A stretch of 64,000 nt of DNA from an uncultured Planctomycetaceae bacterium. Lineage in GTDB: Bacteria > Planctomycetota > Planctomycetia > Planctomycetales > Planctomycetaceae. The DNA lies in the NCBI GenBank assembly GCA_963815195.1, contig CAWFGE010000015.1, positions 448,001 to 512,000 on the forward strand, in the 5' to 3' direction. Shown here in pieces: positions 22,022 through 33,950 of the stretch (its first letter is position 1; the number at the start of each line of letters is the position of its first letter). The notes under the pieces were generated by a model. That model had not been told where the DNA came from and made no database searches. It worked only from the letters and a program-made list of their open reading frames with translations. Position numbers and translations under genes: made by a program.

Positions 22022-23354
22022 ATGCATTCATCGCCCAGCACCAAACGCTTGCTGCTGTTCGCCATCGGAGTTGTGCTTTCGGTGGGATCCGTAGCGATTG
22101 CCGCCGAGCGGCCGAATATTCTGATCCTTTTCACCGATGACCAGGGCTATGCGGATCTCGGCTGCTTTGGAAACCAGAAGAACAAGACGCCTCGGCTCGA
22201 CCAGTTGGCCAAGGAAGGCACGCGGTTCACTTCGTTTTATGCCCAGACCGTGTGCGGGCCGTCCCGGTCGGCTTTGCTCACCGGGCGACATCCGATCCGC
22301 AGCCGCGGGTGGAGCATGCCCGCGTCCGAGATCACCTTCGCGGAACTCGCGCGGAGCAGGTTATCAAACCGCTTGCTTCGGCAAATGGGATGTCTCGAAC
22401 CGCCGGGCGATTGTCGAGCGGATGCCGAACGCCCAAGGGTTCGATGACTACTTCGGCACGCTGGGCGCCAACGACAGCGGGCAGGTCGCCTTTCACGAGA
22501 ACAATGAAAAAGCGGGTTCCACCAGCGACATGGGGAGCCTCACGACGCTTTACACGAACAAGGCGATCTCGTATCTCAAGGAAAAACGCGATCCGAAAAA
22601 GCCGTTCGTGCTGTACGTGGCCCATAATATGATGCACACGATCATCGGGGCCTCTAAGCGGTTCCGGGGCACGTCCAAAGGCGACCTTTACGGCGATGTG
22701 GTCGAGGAGTTCGACTACGAAACCGGCCGACTGCTCGATGTGCTCGACGAGTTGGGGCTACGGGAAAACACGCTCGTAATCTACACCAGCGACAACGGCC
22801 CCTGGAACCAGCCCAAATACACCGACCGCAAAAAGGGGCATCCCGAAGGCTCCATTTTCTGGGGCGAGGCGGGGCCGTTGCGGAACGGCAAAGGCTCTTG
22901 TTACGAGGGCGGCTACCGCCTGCCTTGCCTCGTGCGCTGGCCGGGCAAGGTCCCCGCGGGACGCGTTTCCGATGGCGTTTTCGCCACGATCGATTTCCTG
23001 CCCACGTTCGCGGCGCTCTGCGGTTTTGAAGTGCCGAAGGACCGCCGGATCGACGGCATCGATCAGACCAAACTGCTCTTCGGCGAAAGCGAAACGGGGA
23101 GAGAGGATTTCTATTTTCACAACGCCGGCGTTCGCCAGGGCAAGTGGAAGTATCTGAAGCCCGACGCCCATTTCTTCGGCTACGCGATCGAGGACGACCG
23201 CAAGAAACAGGATGAGCTGTACGACCTCGAAGCCGACGTCGGCGAGAAGACGAATCTCGCGGCCAAATTTCCCGAAAAGGTCGCCGAGCTCAAGGCCTTG
23301 ATGCGGTCGATCGAAGGCAAGGACGACCCCAAGATGCCGCAGAATATTCGCTGA
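22022..23354 (+). CDS. Formylglycine-dependent sulfatase (frameshift near 22350)
   Basis: Signal peptide; RPNILILFTDDQG, CGPSRSALLTG, GKW, YTSDNGP, YEGG, LYDLEAD. Confidence 0.92.
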
Positions 23355-23399
23355 GCGGGGAGGTTGACAACGGGGGATCGTCCATCAACCGGCTCTTCC

Positions 23400-25565
23400 T
23401 CAATCCTCATTGAGTTCGGCGTCACACTCTTCGCAGCGCCGATCTCCGGGCGGATTCATGTGCCCGCAAGCGGGGCAGGTCTTGAGGTGATAGCCCGCGG
23501 CGGCTTCGGCGGCGGAAACATCGTGGTCGTCGCTGCCGGGCGGTTCGGTCTCTTGGATGTAGGTCTTGCCCCGGTAGGTTTTGGCGATATAGATAAACAC
23601 CACGGCGGTCGCGAACATCGTCCCCGTGAAGAACCAATAATAAGACGCCCCCGGCAATTTGCTCGTGCCGTCGTCATTTTGGATGACTTTATTCACCAGC
23701 GACGTAAACAAGTTCCCTACAGAAACGGACAGCAAGTATAACGACATGATCAGCGACTTCATCCGCGGCGGGGCCTGCGTGTAGGAAAACTCCAGGCAGG
23801 TGATCGAGACCATGATCTCCGACGAGGTCAAAATGATATAGGCCAGAATCTGCCAGAGAATCGTCGGCTTGTGGCCCGTCGCCGCGACGTTGGGCCAAAC
23901 CTCTTCTGCGTAAGCATCGGCATGGGGCGGCATCTCGCCTTCCGCGTTCACGCGAATCCCGCCCAGGCTGACGGCATCCGCACCGGAGCCCTTTAAGATT
24001 CGAATCGTCACATACTCCGCCTTGACGGGCGAAAAGCGAAGCTTCTGAAATTCGTTCTGCGGCGCGAGCGTGAACTTGCCCACGCTTTTCCCCGGCTGAT
24101 TGCGGTCGGTGGAGACGAGCACTTCCACTTCGCGGGCGTAGTATTGTTCCGGTTTGGCATGCTTGAAACCGTCCTCCTTTTCCCGCTCTTCAAAATACGT
24201 CGTCAAATCCGAGGCGGGGTTGATCGCGACGGAAGAAATCTCCCAAGCTTTGCGTTCCCGCAATCGCAACGTGATCGACTGCGGAAGAAACGTTTTCTTC
24301 TGCTTGCCTTCCTGTTCCTTTTCCAGCCCCTCGTAATCCTCCTTCTTGCTCGACACCCAGCCGCGGCCGGTGACTTCGCCCTCTGGATTGACATTGTCCT
24401 CATCGAGCAGATTGTTCGCCGAGAGCAATTCGGGATCAGCGTGCGATGTGACTTGGTCTTTGAGGATCTGCCCGCCCGTGATGTTTTCTTCAATCAAAGC
24501 CGAGACACCAAACCCCGCCACCATGACGAAAAAGCCGATCGAAACTTTTCGCAACGGCGTGAGCGGAAACACGCGATGGATCGCCGGGTAGATCACATAG
24601 GAAAAGACCGGGATCAGCGCCAGGACGAAAATCGGGTTGATCGCCTGCATTTGCGACGAGAGCAATTCCACGCCCATCAAATGCCGGTCCATCGACTCGG
24701 CCTGGCCGACCCATTTGGAGGTCGTCTGATCGAATAACGACCAGAACATGGCGACGAAGATATAGATGCGGACCAGATTCAAAAGCGCCTGGCGTCCCTC
24801 GGGAGTGAAGGTCTCGCGCAGATAAGTCTGGAACATATCGGTCCATAAACGAACGCGAGCCGATATCGAATCAGGCGGGTCTCCTTCGCCGGAGAAGGAC
24901 TCGCGCACGAAACCCTCGCTCGCCGCCGGGATGTGGACGAACTTGTTCCGTCCCAGCCAAAAGACCCACGTGGCCAACAGCATCAATCCGCCCGGCACGC
25001 CGAACGCCACGTGCGGCCCGTACCATTGCAGCAGTTTGGGCGTCATCAGGCTGCTGGCAAACGCGCCCAGATTGATCGAAAAATAAAACCAGCTAAAGAT
25101 CTTGGGAAGAAGGTGTTCGTTGAGTTTGCCAAACTGGTCGCCCACGTGCGCGGAGACGCAGGGCTTGATGCCTCCGGAGCCGATGGCAATCAGCGTCAAG
25201 CCGATCGTCAGCCCGACCCGCGTTTCATCCAAAGCCAGCGCCAAGTGCCCCAAGCAATACACGATCGACAGGCTCAGAATCGTGAGATATTTCCCGAACA
25301 GCCAATCCGAAACGATCGCGCCCAGGATGGGGAAGAAATACGCAGACGCCACGAACAAATGCACGTAGGCCGTCGCCGTGGTCTCGTTCATCACGTCCGC
25401 CGTGCCGTCCGCCGCGATAAGATATTTTGTCATAAAGACAAATAAAATGGCCCGCATCCCGTAAAAGCTGAACCGCTCGGCGGCTTCGTTGCCGACGATG
25501 AACGGGATGCCCGGCGGCATGGTGCTGATGGCTTGCGGGGACGTGCGGTAGGCGTGCTCGGACAT
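23400..25565 (-). CDS. POT/PTR proton-dependent oligopeptide transporter with inserted discoidin-like domain and C-terminal zinc ribbon
   Basis: NEAAERFSFYGM, GGIKP..SAHVGDQF, FYFSINLGA, FDQ, EFSYTQAP; about 200 aa insert; CPAC...CEEC tail. Confidence 0.92.
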   Translation of the reverse strand: MSEHAYRTSPQAISTMPPGIPFIVGNEAAERFSFYGMRAILFVFMTKYLIAADGTADVMNETTATAYVHLFVASAYFFPILGAIVSDWLFGKYLTILSLSIVYCLGHLALALDETRVGLTIGLTLIAIGSGGIKPCVSAHVGDQFGKLNEHLLPKIFSWFYFSINLGAFASSLMTPKLLQWYGPHVAFGVPGGLMLLATWVFWLGRNKFVHIPAASEGFVRESFSGEGDPPDSISARVRLWTDMFQTYLRETFTPEGRQALLNLVRIYIFVAMFWSLFDQTTSKWVGQAESMDRHLMGVELLSSQMQAINPIFVLALIPVFSYVIYPAIHRVFPLTPLRKVSIGFFVMVAGFGVSALIEENITGGQILKDQVTSHADPELLSANNLLDEDNVNPEGEVTGRGWVSSKKEDYEGLEKEQEGKQKKTFLPQSITLRLRERKAWEISSVAINPASDLTTYFEEREKEDGFKHAKPEQYYAREVEVLVSTDRNQPGKSVGKFTLAPQNEFQKLRFSPVKAEYVTIRILKGSGADAVSLGGIRVNAEGEMPPHADAYAEEVWPNVAATGHKPTILWQILAYIILTSSEIMVSITCLEFSYTQAPPRMKSLIMSLYLLSVSVGNLFTSLVNKVIQNDDGTSKLPGASYYWFFTGTMFATAVVFIYIAKTYRGKTYIQETEPPGSDDHDVSAAEAAAGYHLKTCPACGHMNPPGDRRCEECDAELNED

Positions 25566-25717
25566 CGGTGTCTCGGAGAGATTGGGGAAGGATGGTGGGC
25601 GCGCGAACGCGGATCAGAGGTGTTGATGGTAGGCCACGCCCCCGGAATGCACAAGCCGGACTTTCTTCCCGGGGAAATGGGGAGAAAACTGCTCACGCGA
25701 GCGTCCGGCCTCTGATT

Positions 25718-26179
25718 CTAAAACCCGGCAGGTTCGAGAGTCGCGGGGGGTTCGGCTTCGAAACTTACGGCCGCAGGCAAGTCGGCGGACCTGGCTTCCC
25801 GTTTGGCGGTGGGGTCGGCCATGCCTTCCGGCCAGATGTGGAATCCGCCCGTCCGGACGCGGGGGATGTCCCACAGGCCCCAGATGCCTCGGCCTTCGTT
25901 GTATCCCTGATAATACACCGCATGCCGGCCGATGTATTGCTTCGTCCAAACGCACTTCCCACCTTCGGTCTGATACCGTCCGCGAATCCAAAACGATCCG
26001 ACGTAATCCAGTCCTTCGCCGATCATGCGGCCGTTCTCAAACTCCAGCGAGAGTTCCATGCGAAACCGGCCCGCAAATCCCGGCTCGAGGAAGTAACCGA
26101 TCCACGGGCCGCTCGGAAAACGATCGTCGGTTTCTCGCCGCGAAGGTTCGCCTCGATCCTGGCTGGTCATTATTGGCAC
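25718..26179 (-). CDS. Hypothetical protein
   Basis: 153 aa Trp/Gly/Tyr-rich ORF (FPSGPWIGYF...GGFHIWPEG); co-oriented with neighbours. Confidence 0.7.
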   Translation of the reverse strand: MPIMTSQDRGEPSRRETDDRFPSGPWIGYFLEPGFAGRFRMELSLEFENGRMIGEGLDYVGSFWIRGRYQTEGGKCVWTKQYIGRHAVYYQGYNEGRGIWGLWDIPRVRTGGFHIWPEGMADPTAKREARSADLPAAVSFEAEPPATLEPAGF

Positions 26180-26195
26180 TCCTCTTATTGGACCG

Positions 26196-26775
26196 TCACT
26201 TCCACCATTCCGGGGCGGCGAAAAGGTTGGCGACGGCGATCCGAAATTCCGAGACGATCGGCCCGCCTTCCAAGGTTTGCCAATCGTCGAACTGTTTCGG
26301 CGCGCGGTTCTTGCCGTGGACGTGGCAGCGTTTTTCCGCGGGATCGATGACCCACACGAGTTCCACGCCGCGCTCGAGGTAGGCCAACACGCGCCTCGGC
26401 CATTTGCCGGCGGCGGTCGTTGGTGGAGGCGATTTCGCAGACCAACCGGGGCACGCGGTGGGAGTACACTTCATCCACCGGGCCGAAACCCTCTCCGCTC
26501 GCAAAATAACTCATCGCCGGGCTGAGCACGGAATCCGGATCCGTCTGGACCAAGACGCCGACATCAAAACAGGCCACGCCTTCGGGCGGGAGTCCGGGTT
26601 GATAGGTCGCCGCCATCGTTTTGGAGAGGTTCAACACGATGTTGCCGTGCATTTCATCGGGCGGTTGGAGCGTGATAATCCGCCCCGCGAAAAGCTCCGT
26701 CCAGCGGCCGCCGTCGGGCAGGTCGTATTTGAGACGGGCGAATTCCTCCGCCGTCACCAAGGCTTCATCAATCAT
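26196..26775 (-). CDS. Uma2 family PD-(D/E)xK endonuclease (frameshift near 26397)
   Basis: TAEEF, ELFAGRI, DPDSVLSP, LVCEIAS, then YLERGVELVWVIDP in the next frame. Confidence 0.8.
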
Positions 26776-27012
26776 CGAATCACGTTCCCCGGAAAGGCGC
26801 GCCACACTTCGACGGAAATCCGCGCGCCTCCACTATATCGCAATCCCGCGAACCCGTGCCACCGAAAGTTGGGGAGCCGGAGACCGAGGAACGTGGAGAA
26901 GATCGAAACCGGCGCGAAAACCCTCTTGCGTGACGCCAATTGAGCCAATCTAATAGGGCATAGGACGCAGCCTGCTTTTGATGAAATTCCCCAAACTCCC
27001 GAAGGTGCAACA

Positions 27013-27489
27013 ATGGCGGCGGAATGGTATTACCTGATCGACAGCGAGCAGGTGGGGCCGGTCGAGGCCGTCCGGCTCAAGGAACTCGCCGACAGCGGTT
27101 TTTTAAAGCCCACGGATCTCGTGTGGAGGGAAGGCATGCCGGATTGGAAGCCGGCGTCTCAAATGAAAAACCTCTTCCCGCCCGACTCGCCGAGGCCGCG
27201 CCGATTGGATGACGACGACTATGACGACGAGCGGGAATACCGGCGGTTCGTCAGCAACAAGATCGCCGCCGGGCTGTGCGGGATCCTGATCGGCCCCTTG
27301 GGCATCCACAAGTTTATTCTCGGCCTGACGACGCCGGGGATCATCATGCTGCTCGTGAGCCTGTTGACCTGCGGATTGGGGACGATTGTCACCGGCCCCA
27401 TCGGCCTCATTGAAGGCATCATCTACCTCACGAAATCCGACGAGGACTTCTACGAAGAATACGCGATCGAAAAACGTGGCTGGTTCTAG
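27013..27489 (+). CDS. GYF_2 (DUF4339) plus TM2/NINE domain membrane protein
   Basis: WYY..QVGP..LVWREGMPDW; KIAAGLCGILIGPLGIHKFILG. Confidence 0.88.
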   Translation: MAAEWYYLIDSEQVGPVEAVRLKELADSGFLKPTDLVWREGMPDWKPASQMKNLFPPDSPRPRRLDDDDYDDEREYRRFVSNKIAAGLCGILIGPLGIHKFILGLTTPGIIMLLVSLLTCGLGTIVTGPIGLIEGIIYLTKSDEDFYEEYAIEKRGWF

Positions 27490-27835
27490 ATCGCCTCTTC
27501 CGAATGCGTCTTTCTTGCGTCCGCCCGTCGCGGTCTTTGCGACAAAATAACGGAGCGATGCGTTCACGACCTCAATTGATTTTGGGTAGAATAGGTTGGC
27601 GGGGTGCCGATGAGTCTACGCGGCGGCCCAGGTCGCGATTGCCCGAATCTGCCGGTTTTGCTTATGATGATTTTTGAATCGGGGGATTTCCAGGATAAAC
27701 TGTGGTCCAGCTTACAGACCCCCCACTCCCGATAAGCGATAATTGTTTGTACAAAATCTCGGGCCGATTGCCTTTTTCCGGTTCCCTCCCGACAAAAGAT
27801 CCTTTCTCTCAATCCGCTTCGCATTTGCGTTTGGA

Positions 27836-30527
27836 ATGGCCATGATGACGATTTCTGCTCGCGGTCTCCGTTTCGCCGCCCTGTTCGGTTTTCTGGGCGG
27901 ACTGGTGTGGTCTCAGTCGGCCGCGTTCGGACAACAGAATCCAACTCGAGCCGAAGAAACCCAAGCCCGGCTTCATCGATCTTCTCGGCCCGGAAAAGCC
28001 CGGTGCCGAGCCTCAGGCGGAAAAAAATGTCGAGGCGAAACTCACCCCCGCGAAGGGCAAGCCGGCGGACTTAAAGCCGGGCGACGAAGTGGTCCTGGCG
28101 ATCACCATCCACGTGCCGCCGAACAGCTACACCTATTCGACCACGAACAAAAAGGGGGCCAAGACGCAGTTTTCGATCAAGAAAACCCAAGGCCTGGAAG
28201 CGGTCGATGAAACTTTCAAACCCGAGCGCGAGCCGAAGACGGTCTTCGAGCCGGTCTTCGACGCGAACATCGAGAAATACGTGAAGACCATCACCTGGAC
28301 GCGGAAGTATCGGCTCGCCAAAAACGCCAAGCCGGCGGATGTGCGGATCGAAGGCCAGGTTGACGGCCAGGTCTGCGACGACCGCAGCTGCACTCTGCTC
28401 GACGAACCCATCTCCGTCGCCCTGGTTTCCTCGCAGGAATCGAACGCGCTGATTCACAAGGACCGGCCCGGCTTCGGCAAAAGGCCCGGTCCCGCGGAAG
28501 TTACGATCACGCTCGAACCCAAGACCGCCCAGCCCGGCGAGAAGGTCACGCTGACGGTCGGGCTCAAACTCGATGAAAACTGGCACACGTATTCGATCAC
28601 GCAGGACAAAAACGCCGCCGCCCTCCCGACTTCGATCGTGCTGGAAAAAACGCCCAACCTGAAAACGCTCGGCGACGGCTTCACCCCCAGCAAACCTTTC
28701 GAGCGAAAGAACGTGGATCTGGGGGACCGGACCGTCGAGCAGGAAGTCTATCACGGCACCATCGCATGGAGCCGGGAGCTGGAAGTCCTGCCGGCCGCGA
28801 AAACCGAAGGCTTCGGCGTCAAAGGAAAATTCAAATATCAGACCTGCGATCGAGTCTGCGTGGCGAAAACGATCGCCTTCGATCTGCACTCGAAGGAATC
28901 GAAGGTCGCCAGGGCGAAACCCAGGGCCAAGGCGACTTCTATCGAGGAACTGCTTCAAAGCGGCTCAAAATCCTCCGATAAGGAATCCGGCAATGGGGGC
29001 TCGGTCGACGAGGCGAGGAACAAAGGCTTATTCTTGTTTATCGTCGCCGCGGTCGTCGCGGGGTTTGGGGCATTGCTGACGCCGTGCGTCTACCCGATGG
29101 TGCCGATCACGATTAGCTTCTTCTTGAAGCAGGCCGAGAAACAACACCATCGCCCGGCGACGTTGGCTTTGGTGTATTGTGGCGGCATTATTGCGACGTT
29201 TACCGGGCTCGGGTTATTGATTTCGGCATTTTTCAGCGTGACCGCGCTCAATCAGTTGGCGAACAACATTTGGCTCAATCTCGTGCTCACGCTGGTGATC
29301 ACGTTTTTTGGCATCAGCATGCTGGGCATGTTTGAAATCCACATTCCCAGTTGGCTCTTGACGTGGTCGGCGGGGAAAGAGCAAAAAGGCGGCATCATCG
29401 GGACGCTGTTCATGGCGCTCACGTTCACTCTGGTTTCCTTTACCTGCACGTTTGCGTTTGCCGGTTGGTTATTGGTGATGGCCTCGCAGGGCGAAGTGTT
29501 TTGGCCGGTGGTGGGCATGCTGGCTTTTTCGGGGGCGTTCGCGTTCCCGTTTTTCCTGCTGGCGCTCTTTCCCAAAATGCTGACGAGACTGCCCAAGAGC
29601 GGCGGCTGGATGAACATTATCAAAGTCACGATGGGCTTCGTGGAAATCGGGGCGGCCTTGAAATTCCTGAGCGTCGCGGATTCGATTTATTTCGGCCAAC
29701 CAACCTTTCTGCCCTATGCCGCGGTCATGGGGACCTGGTTTGCCTTGGCGTTTCTCGCCGGGCTTTATCCGCTCGGCTTGTTCCGCATGCCGCACGACAC
29801 CCCCGGCAAATTCACGTGGGGCCGCTTGGTGTTTGCGGCCCCGTTCTTGGCCTTAGCGGGCCTGTTGGGGTCCGCATTGTTTACGTCGTTTCAACCGTCG
29901 GGGTTCATTTGGGACAACATCGCAGCCTTTGCTCCGCCCCGGTTTGAAGGAAACACGCAAATTGCAGCCGTCGGTCGGGACGCGCGAAATGACGAGAAAG
30001 ACATTGGTCCTTATCTCGAGCATGACAATCTGAAATACTCCCTCGACTTTCTACAAGCGCTCGAATACGCCCGCAAGACGAACCAACCGCTGTTCTTGGA
30101 TTTTACCGGGTTGAACTGCATCAACTGCCGGCTGATGGAAAACCGCGTGATGCCTCAGCCCCAGAACCGCGAGCTCTTGCAAAAGTTTGTGCGGGTCCAA
30201 CTCTTTACGGATACCGTCCCCCTGATCCGGGATCGCGAAAAACGCGATCAATTGGTGGAACAAAACCGCCTGCTTCAAGAGGCTTTCGGCGATGTCACAT
30301 TGCCCGGCTACGTCATCATCAATCCCTATGATGTGGCCGAGTCTGGAAAGCTGAAGCCGTTGTCCCATTACCTGGGCTTGGAACAAACCGAAGGCGAGTT
30401 TGCCAAGTTTCTGGACGACGGCCTGAGGAAATGGCAGCAGGAAACAAGCCAGGAACCCGTGCAATCGGCATCGCGGCCGGTTGAGAACCCCGAACTGTCC
30501 AACTCGAAGTTCACGGTGCAGCGTTAA
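27836..30527 (+). CDS. dsbD: Thiol:disulfide interchange protein DsbD with duplicated N-terminal Ig-like domains (frameshift near 27950)
   Basis: Signal peptide; QVCDDRSC and QTCDRVC domains; LLTPCVYPMVPIT, SFTCT, LPKSGGWM; C-terminal thioredoxin DFTGLNCINC. Confidence 0.88.
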
Positions 30528-30778
30528 CGTCCGTAAGGATTTCGTTGGTCATTGGGGCTTGGTCATTGGGATTTTTTCTATTCCGGCGCTGAAATTGCGC
30601 AGATGCTTGATTCGCCCTGCTTTCCCGACCGTTTGAGAGGGACATCATACGACCTTCCACCGAAACCACGCCCGCCCGTCCGCCTGCCCCGCCGTTTGAG
30701 ACCGAGAACCTCGACCACCACCGCCAGCGCCTGGCGGAGATCGAACGCCAAGGTCCGCGGAACCTGTTCGCGCTTGCG

Positions 30779-32000
30779 ATGTTTCAGGTGTGCCTCAGGA
30801 TCGGGTGGATCTTCAAGACCGAGACGGTGATCATGCCGGCGTTTTTGGACGCCATCGCCGGGGCGGGCTGGCTCCGCGGGTTTTTGCCGATTTTGAACCG
30901 CCTGGGCCAGAGCGTGCCGCCGCTTTTGTTCGCCGACCGCTTGCAGCACATGTCCCGAAAGAAATGGGCCCTCGTGAGCACGGCCCTGTTGATGGCGGTG
31001 CCGTTTTTGATCCTGTCCGCATTGTGGCTGTGGCTGGGCTGGCTGGGCGTCCCGCGGACGGATCAATGGTGGCTGCCGGTGGTGTTTCTCGTGCTGTACG
31101 CCGTGTTCTTCTCCATGACGGGCTTAAACCAGTTGTCCTTCAGCACGCTGCAAGGGAAATTGATTCAAGCCAACCGCCGGGGCCGGCTGATGACGGTCGC
31201 GGGGATCATTGGATCGGGCTGCGCGATCGTGTGTGCGTGGTTTTTGCTCCCGGCGTGGCTCCAGCGGGAAGGCGGCGGGTTTGGCTTGATCTTCGCCGTC
31301 ACCGGGCTGGGGTTTGTGCTTTCGGGATCGATCGGGCTGTTGGTCCAAGAGCCGGCCGACACGCTCCCGGCCCGGCACGTCCCGCCGCTTCGGGAATACT
31401 TCCGCCGGGCCTGGGAAACCTATCAAGGCGACGCGGACTTCCGCCGGCTCGCCTGGTGCACGATGCTGTTCATGGGCTCGCTGATGCTGTTCCCGCATTA
31501 TCAAGCGCTGGGGCGAATCCGGTTGGGCAGCGAGCAGCAGGACCTGTTGGGCTATCTGATCGCCCAGAACGCCGGGGCCGGGGGCTTTAGTTTGATCACC
31601 GGAGCGATCGCCGATTATTACGGCAACCGCTTGAGCCTGCGGGTGTGCATGTTTCTCTCGGCGACGGCTCCGCTCTTAGCGCCTCGGCCTCGCGAGCGGT
31701 TGGCTTCCCGGCGGCCGGGATTGGTATTGGCTGACGTTTGTCGTCCTGGGCCTGACGCCGTTGACGATCCGCAGCCTGATGAACTACACCCTCGAACTCG
31801 TCGAGGAAACCGGCCACGCCCGTTACGTCAGCACGCTGACTTTGACGATGGCCGTTCCGTTTCTGCTCTCGCCTTTGGTGGGCTGGTGCGTCGATTTGCT
31901 GGGCTTTGAGATTGTGTTCCTCTCGATCGACGCCCTGATCCTCAGCAGCGGTTTCATGACCTTCCGCCTCGTCGAACCCCGCCACGCCGCGGAGTTGTGA
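30779..32000 (+). CDS. MFS transporter (frameshift near 31685; true start probably somewhat upstream)
   Basis: Multiple TM helices; GKLIQANRRGRL, IADYYGNR; ORFs 30779..31909 and 31761..32000. Confidence 0.8.
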
Positions 32001-32041
32001 ACGAGCCGTCGGCGGTCAGTATTTAATGATTGAATGACGTT

Positions 32042-33121
32042 TCAACACCGACCAGGCTCCGCGGGGTCGTCCCAGGTGATGACGCCGTCGCATGTGAAGC
32101 GGACGATGTTCGGCTTCCACCGCAACGGCATTTCCGGCTGACATTGAGGAAGGAGATACTCGGCGAGGTTTCCATCGGCGAGCGCACGGTAGCCGAGGTA
32201 GCTCGTCGTGAGCCGGGGGTTGATTTCGACGATCAACAACTCCTCCGGGTTTTGCCTGGGGGCCAGGAGATCGATGCCGACGTAGCCCGAGAGTCCTGGC
32301 AGCAGCCGGGCGATTTCGCGGAACCGCTGGGTCGCGACGTGTTGCAGGGCGATCGTTTCGGGAATCCGCCCGCCCAGGTAGCCGAAGCGGCCATCGCCGG
32401 TCAGGTGCTGCTCGGCGAGCGGAAAGACTTCCAGCCAAGGCTCGTCGTTCCACTCGACTTCGCCCACAATCGCCGCCACCGACAGCGTGCGGCCGGGAAT
32501 ATAAGGCTGCACGATCCACGCGCGGCTCGCGGACGAGAACGATGCAAGGAGCCGGTTCCACTCGGCCCCGTCGTGAACCAGAAACGTGTCCTGGGAGCCG
32601 GCCCCGTCGCGGGGTTTGATCACCAGCGGAAAACCCCACTCGTCGGCAAACTTGGAGTAGGGCTCCGCAAATTCGCGGGTGGGGATCGTGGGGAGATCCC
32701 GGGATTCGAGTTCCCCCGCGAGGGAGAGTTTATCCGTGGCGCGGCGAATCGATTCAACGGAGCAATTCAAGGAGAAGGTCCCGATCCGGTTCACCAATTC
32801 GCAGCGGTCGGCGAGCAGATTTTGAAACTCGGGCGCGATCAGAAACGCGGCGCCGGCTTCCCGGCAGAATTCTTGAAAGATTTCCTTTTCTTCCTCGGGA
32901 TCGCTGATGAGGCAGGCTTCGATGTTTTCCGCCTGTGACCCGCTGAGCGGAAACGATCCAAAGCGGCGGTCCCAGGTGGTGAGGACTTCGCAGCCGGGCA
33001 CTTGCGCGAAGTCGCCGGCGATCGCCGAGAGCATCGCCGTGCCTTCCCGCAAAAGCGAAGCGGGGATCTCTGGGGTGGCCCAGGCTCCGCTCGTCAGGAA
33101 TTCCGAAACGAAAATCCGCAC
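32042..33121 (-). CDS. ATP-grasp protein, MfnD/Orf1-like (methanofuran/C1-cofactor biosynthesis type)
   Basis: SLLREGTAML, LIAPE, VIKPRDGAGS, QPYIPG, GYVGIDL, EINPRLTTSYLG. Confidence 0.8.
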   Translation of the reverse strand: MRIFVSEFLTSGAWATPEIPASLLREGTAMLSAIAGDFAQVPGCEVLTTWDRRFGSFPLSGSQAENIEACLISDPEEEKEIFQEFCREAGAAFLIAPEFQNLLADRCELVNRIGTFSLNCSVESIRRATDKLSLAGELESRDLPTIPTREFAEPYSKFADEWGFPLVIKPRDGAGSQDTFLVHDGAEWNRLLASFSSASRAWIVQPYIPGRTLSVAAIVGEVEWNDEPWLEVFPLAEQHLTGDGRFGYLGGRIPETIALQHVATQRFREIARLLPGLSGYVGIDLLAPRQNPEELLIVEINPRLTTSYLGYRALADGNLAEYLLPQCQPEMPLRWKPNIVRFTCDGVITWDDPAEPGRC

Positions 33122-33448
33122 GGCCGATTCCTCGCATCTTGACGAGTCGGATGGAATGTCGCGGCAGAACGTCCCCGCCAGACGCCGGCACGCTGCCGTG
33201 GCTTTGAGGATGGAACAATGTGATTATGGCGAAACGGGATTCGCAATCTCTCTGCCGGGTACGATATAAGATCGGGGCCTCGGAGGGAAGAACCACAACC
33301 GCCGGAAATGCCGAGGGACTCGGAATTCCGTTGCGCAACGCTCCGGTAACAAACGCCGGTTGGCCCCTTTTCCGGGAACCTTTGCCCTGGCGGATTCGTC
33401 CCAGTTTGTGGTGTGATAGAAGGAAACGCGTTCTCGTCGATTGATCGG

Positions 33449-33943
33449 ATGCCGATGTCCCCCGAAGCCGAAACCCCAGAAAAAAAGCCGGCGTGTCCGT
33501 CGCCGACGTTCCTGCGGCTGGCAGCGGGGTTTGTGTACTTCCAGTTCGGGCTGCTCAAGTTCTTTCCCGATTTGAGCGAGGCGGAACTCATCGCGGGCCA
33601 GACGATCATGCGAATTTCCGGACATTGGCTGGATGCGAAGACGGCCCTGTGGTGGCTGGCGGTGGTGGAGTGCACGATCGGACTGAGTTTTCTGTTCAAT
33701 ATCGGTATGCGGTGGATGTTTTTTGTGTTCGCTTTGCACCAGGCGAGCACGTTTCTGCCGCTGTTCCTGTTCCCCGAAATCACGTTCAAGTTCGTCCCGT
33801 TCGCCCCGACCTTGGAAGGTCAATACATTATGAAGAACCTCGTCTCGGTGGCCGCGGGCTGGACGGTGATGTTCCCCGCCGTCAAAGCGGCCTGGAAACG
33901 AAACCCGGCGGACGAGCTTTCGCCGACACCCCCATCCTCGTGA
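33449..33943 (+). CDS. DoxX-family membrane protein
   Basis: FGLLKFFP, PTLEGQYIMKNLV; four TM segments. Confidence 0.75.
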   Translation: MPMSPEAETPEKKPACPSPTFLRLAAGFVYFQFGLLKFFPDLSEAELIAGQTIMRISGHWLDAKTALWWLAVVECTIGLSFLFNIGMRWMFFVFALHQASTFLPLFLFPEITFKFVPFAPTLEGQYIMKNLVSVAAGWTVMFPAVKAAWKRNPADELSPTPPSS

Positions 33944-33950
33944 GGAAATC

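Noticed and set aside
26196..26775. Anti-phage defence system built on the Uma2 nuclease
   Set aside because: Solo Uma2 genes are common in planctomycetes, and there is no methylase or other defence neighbour
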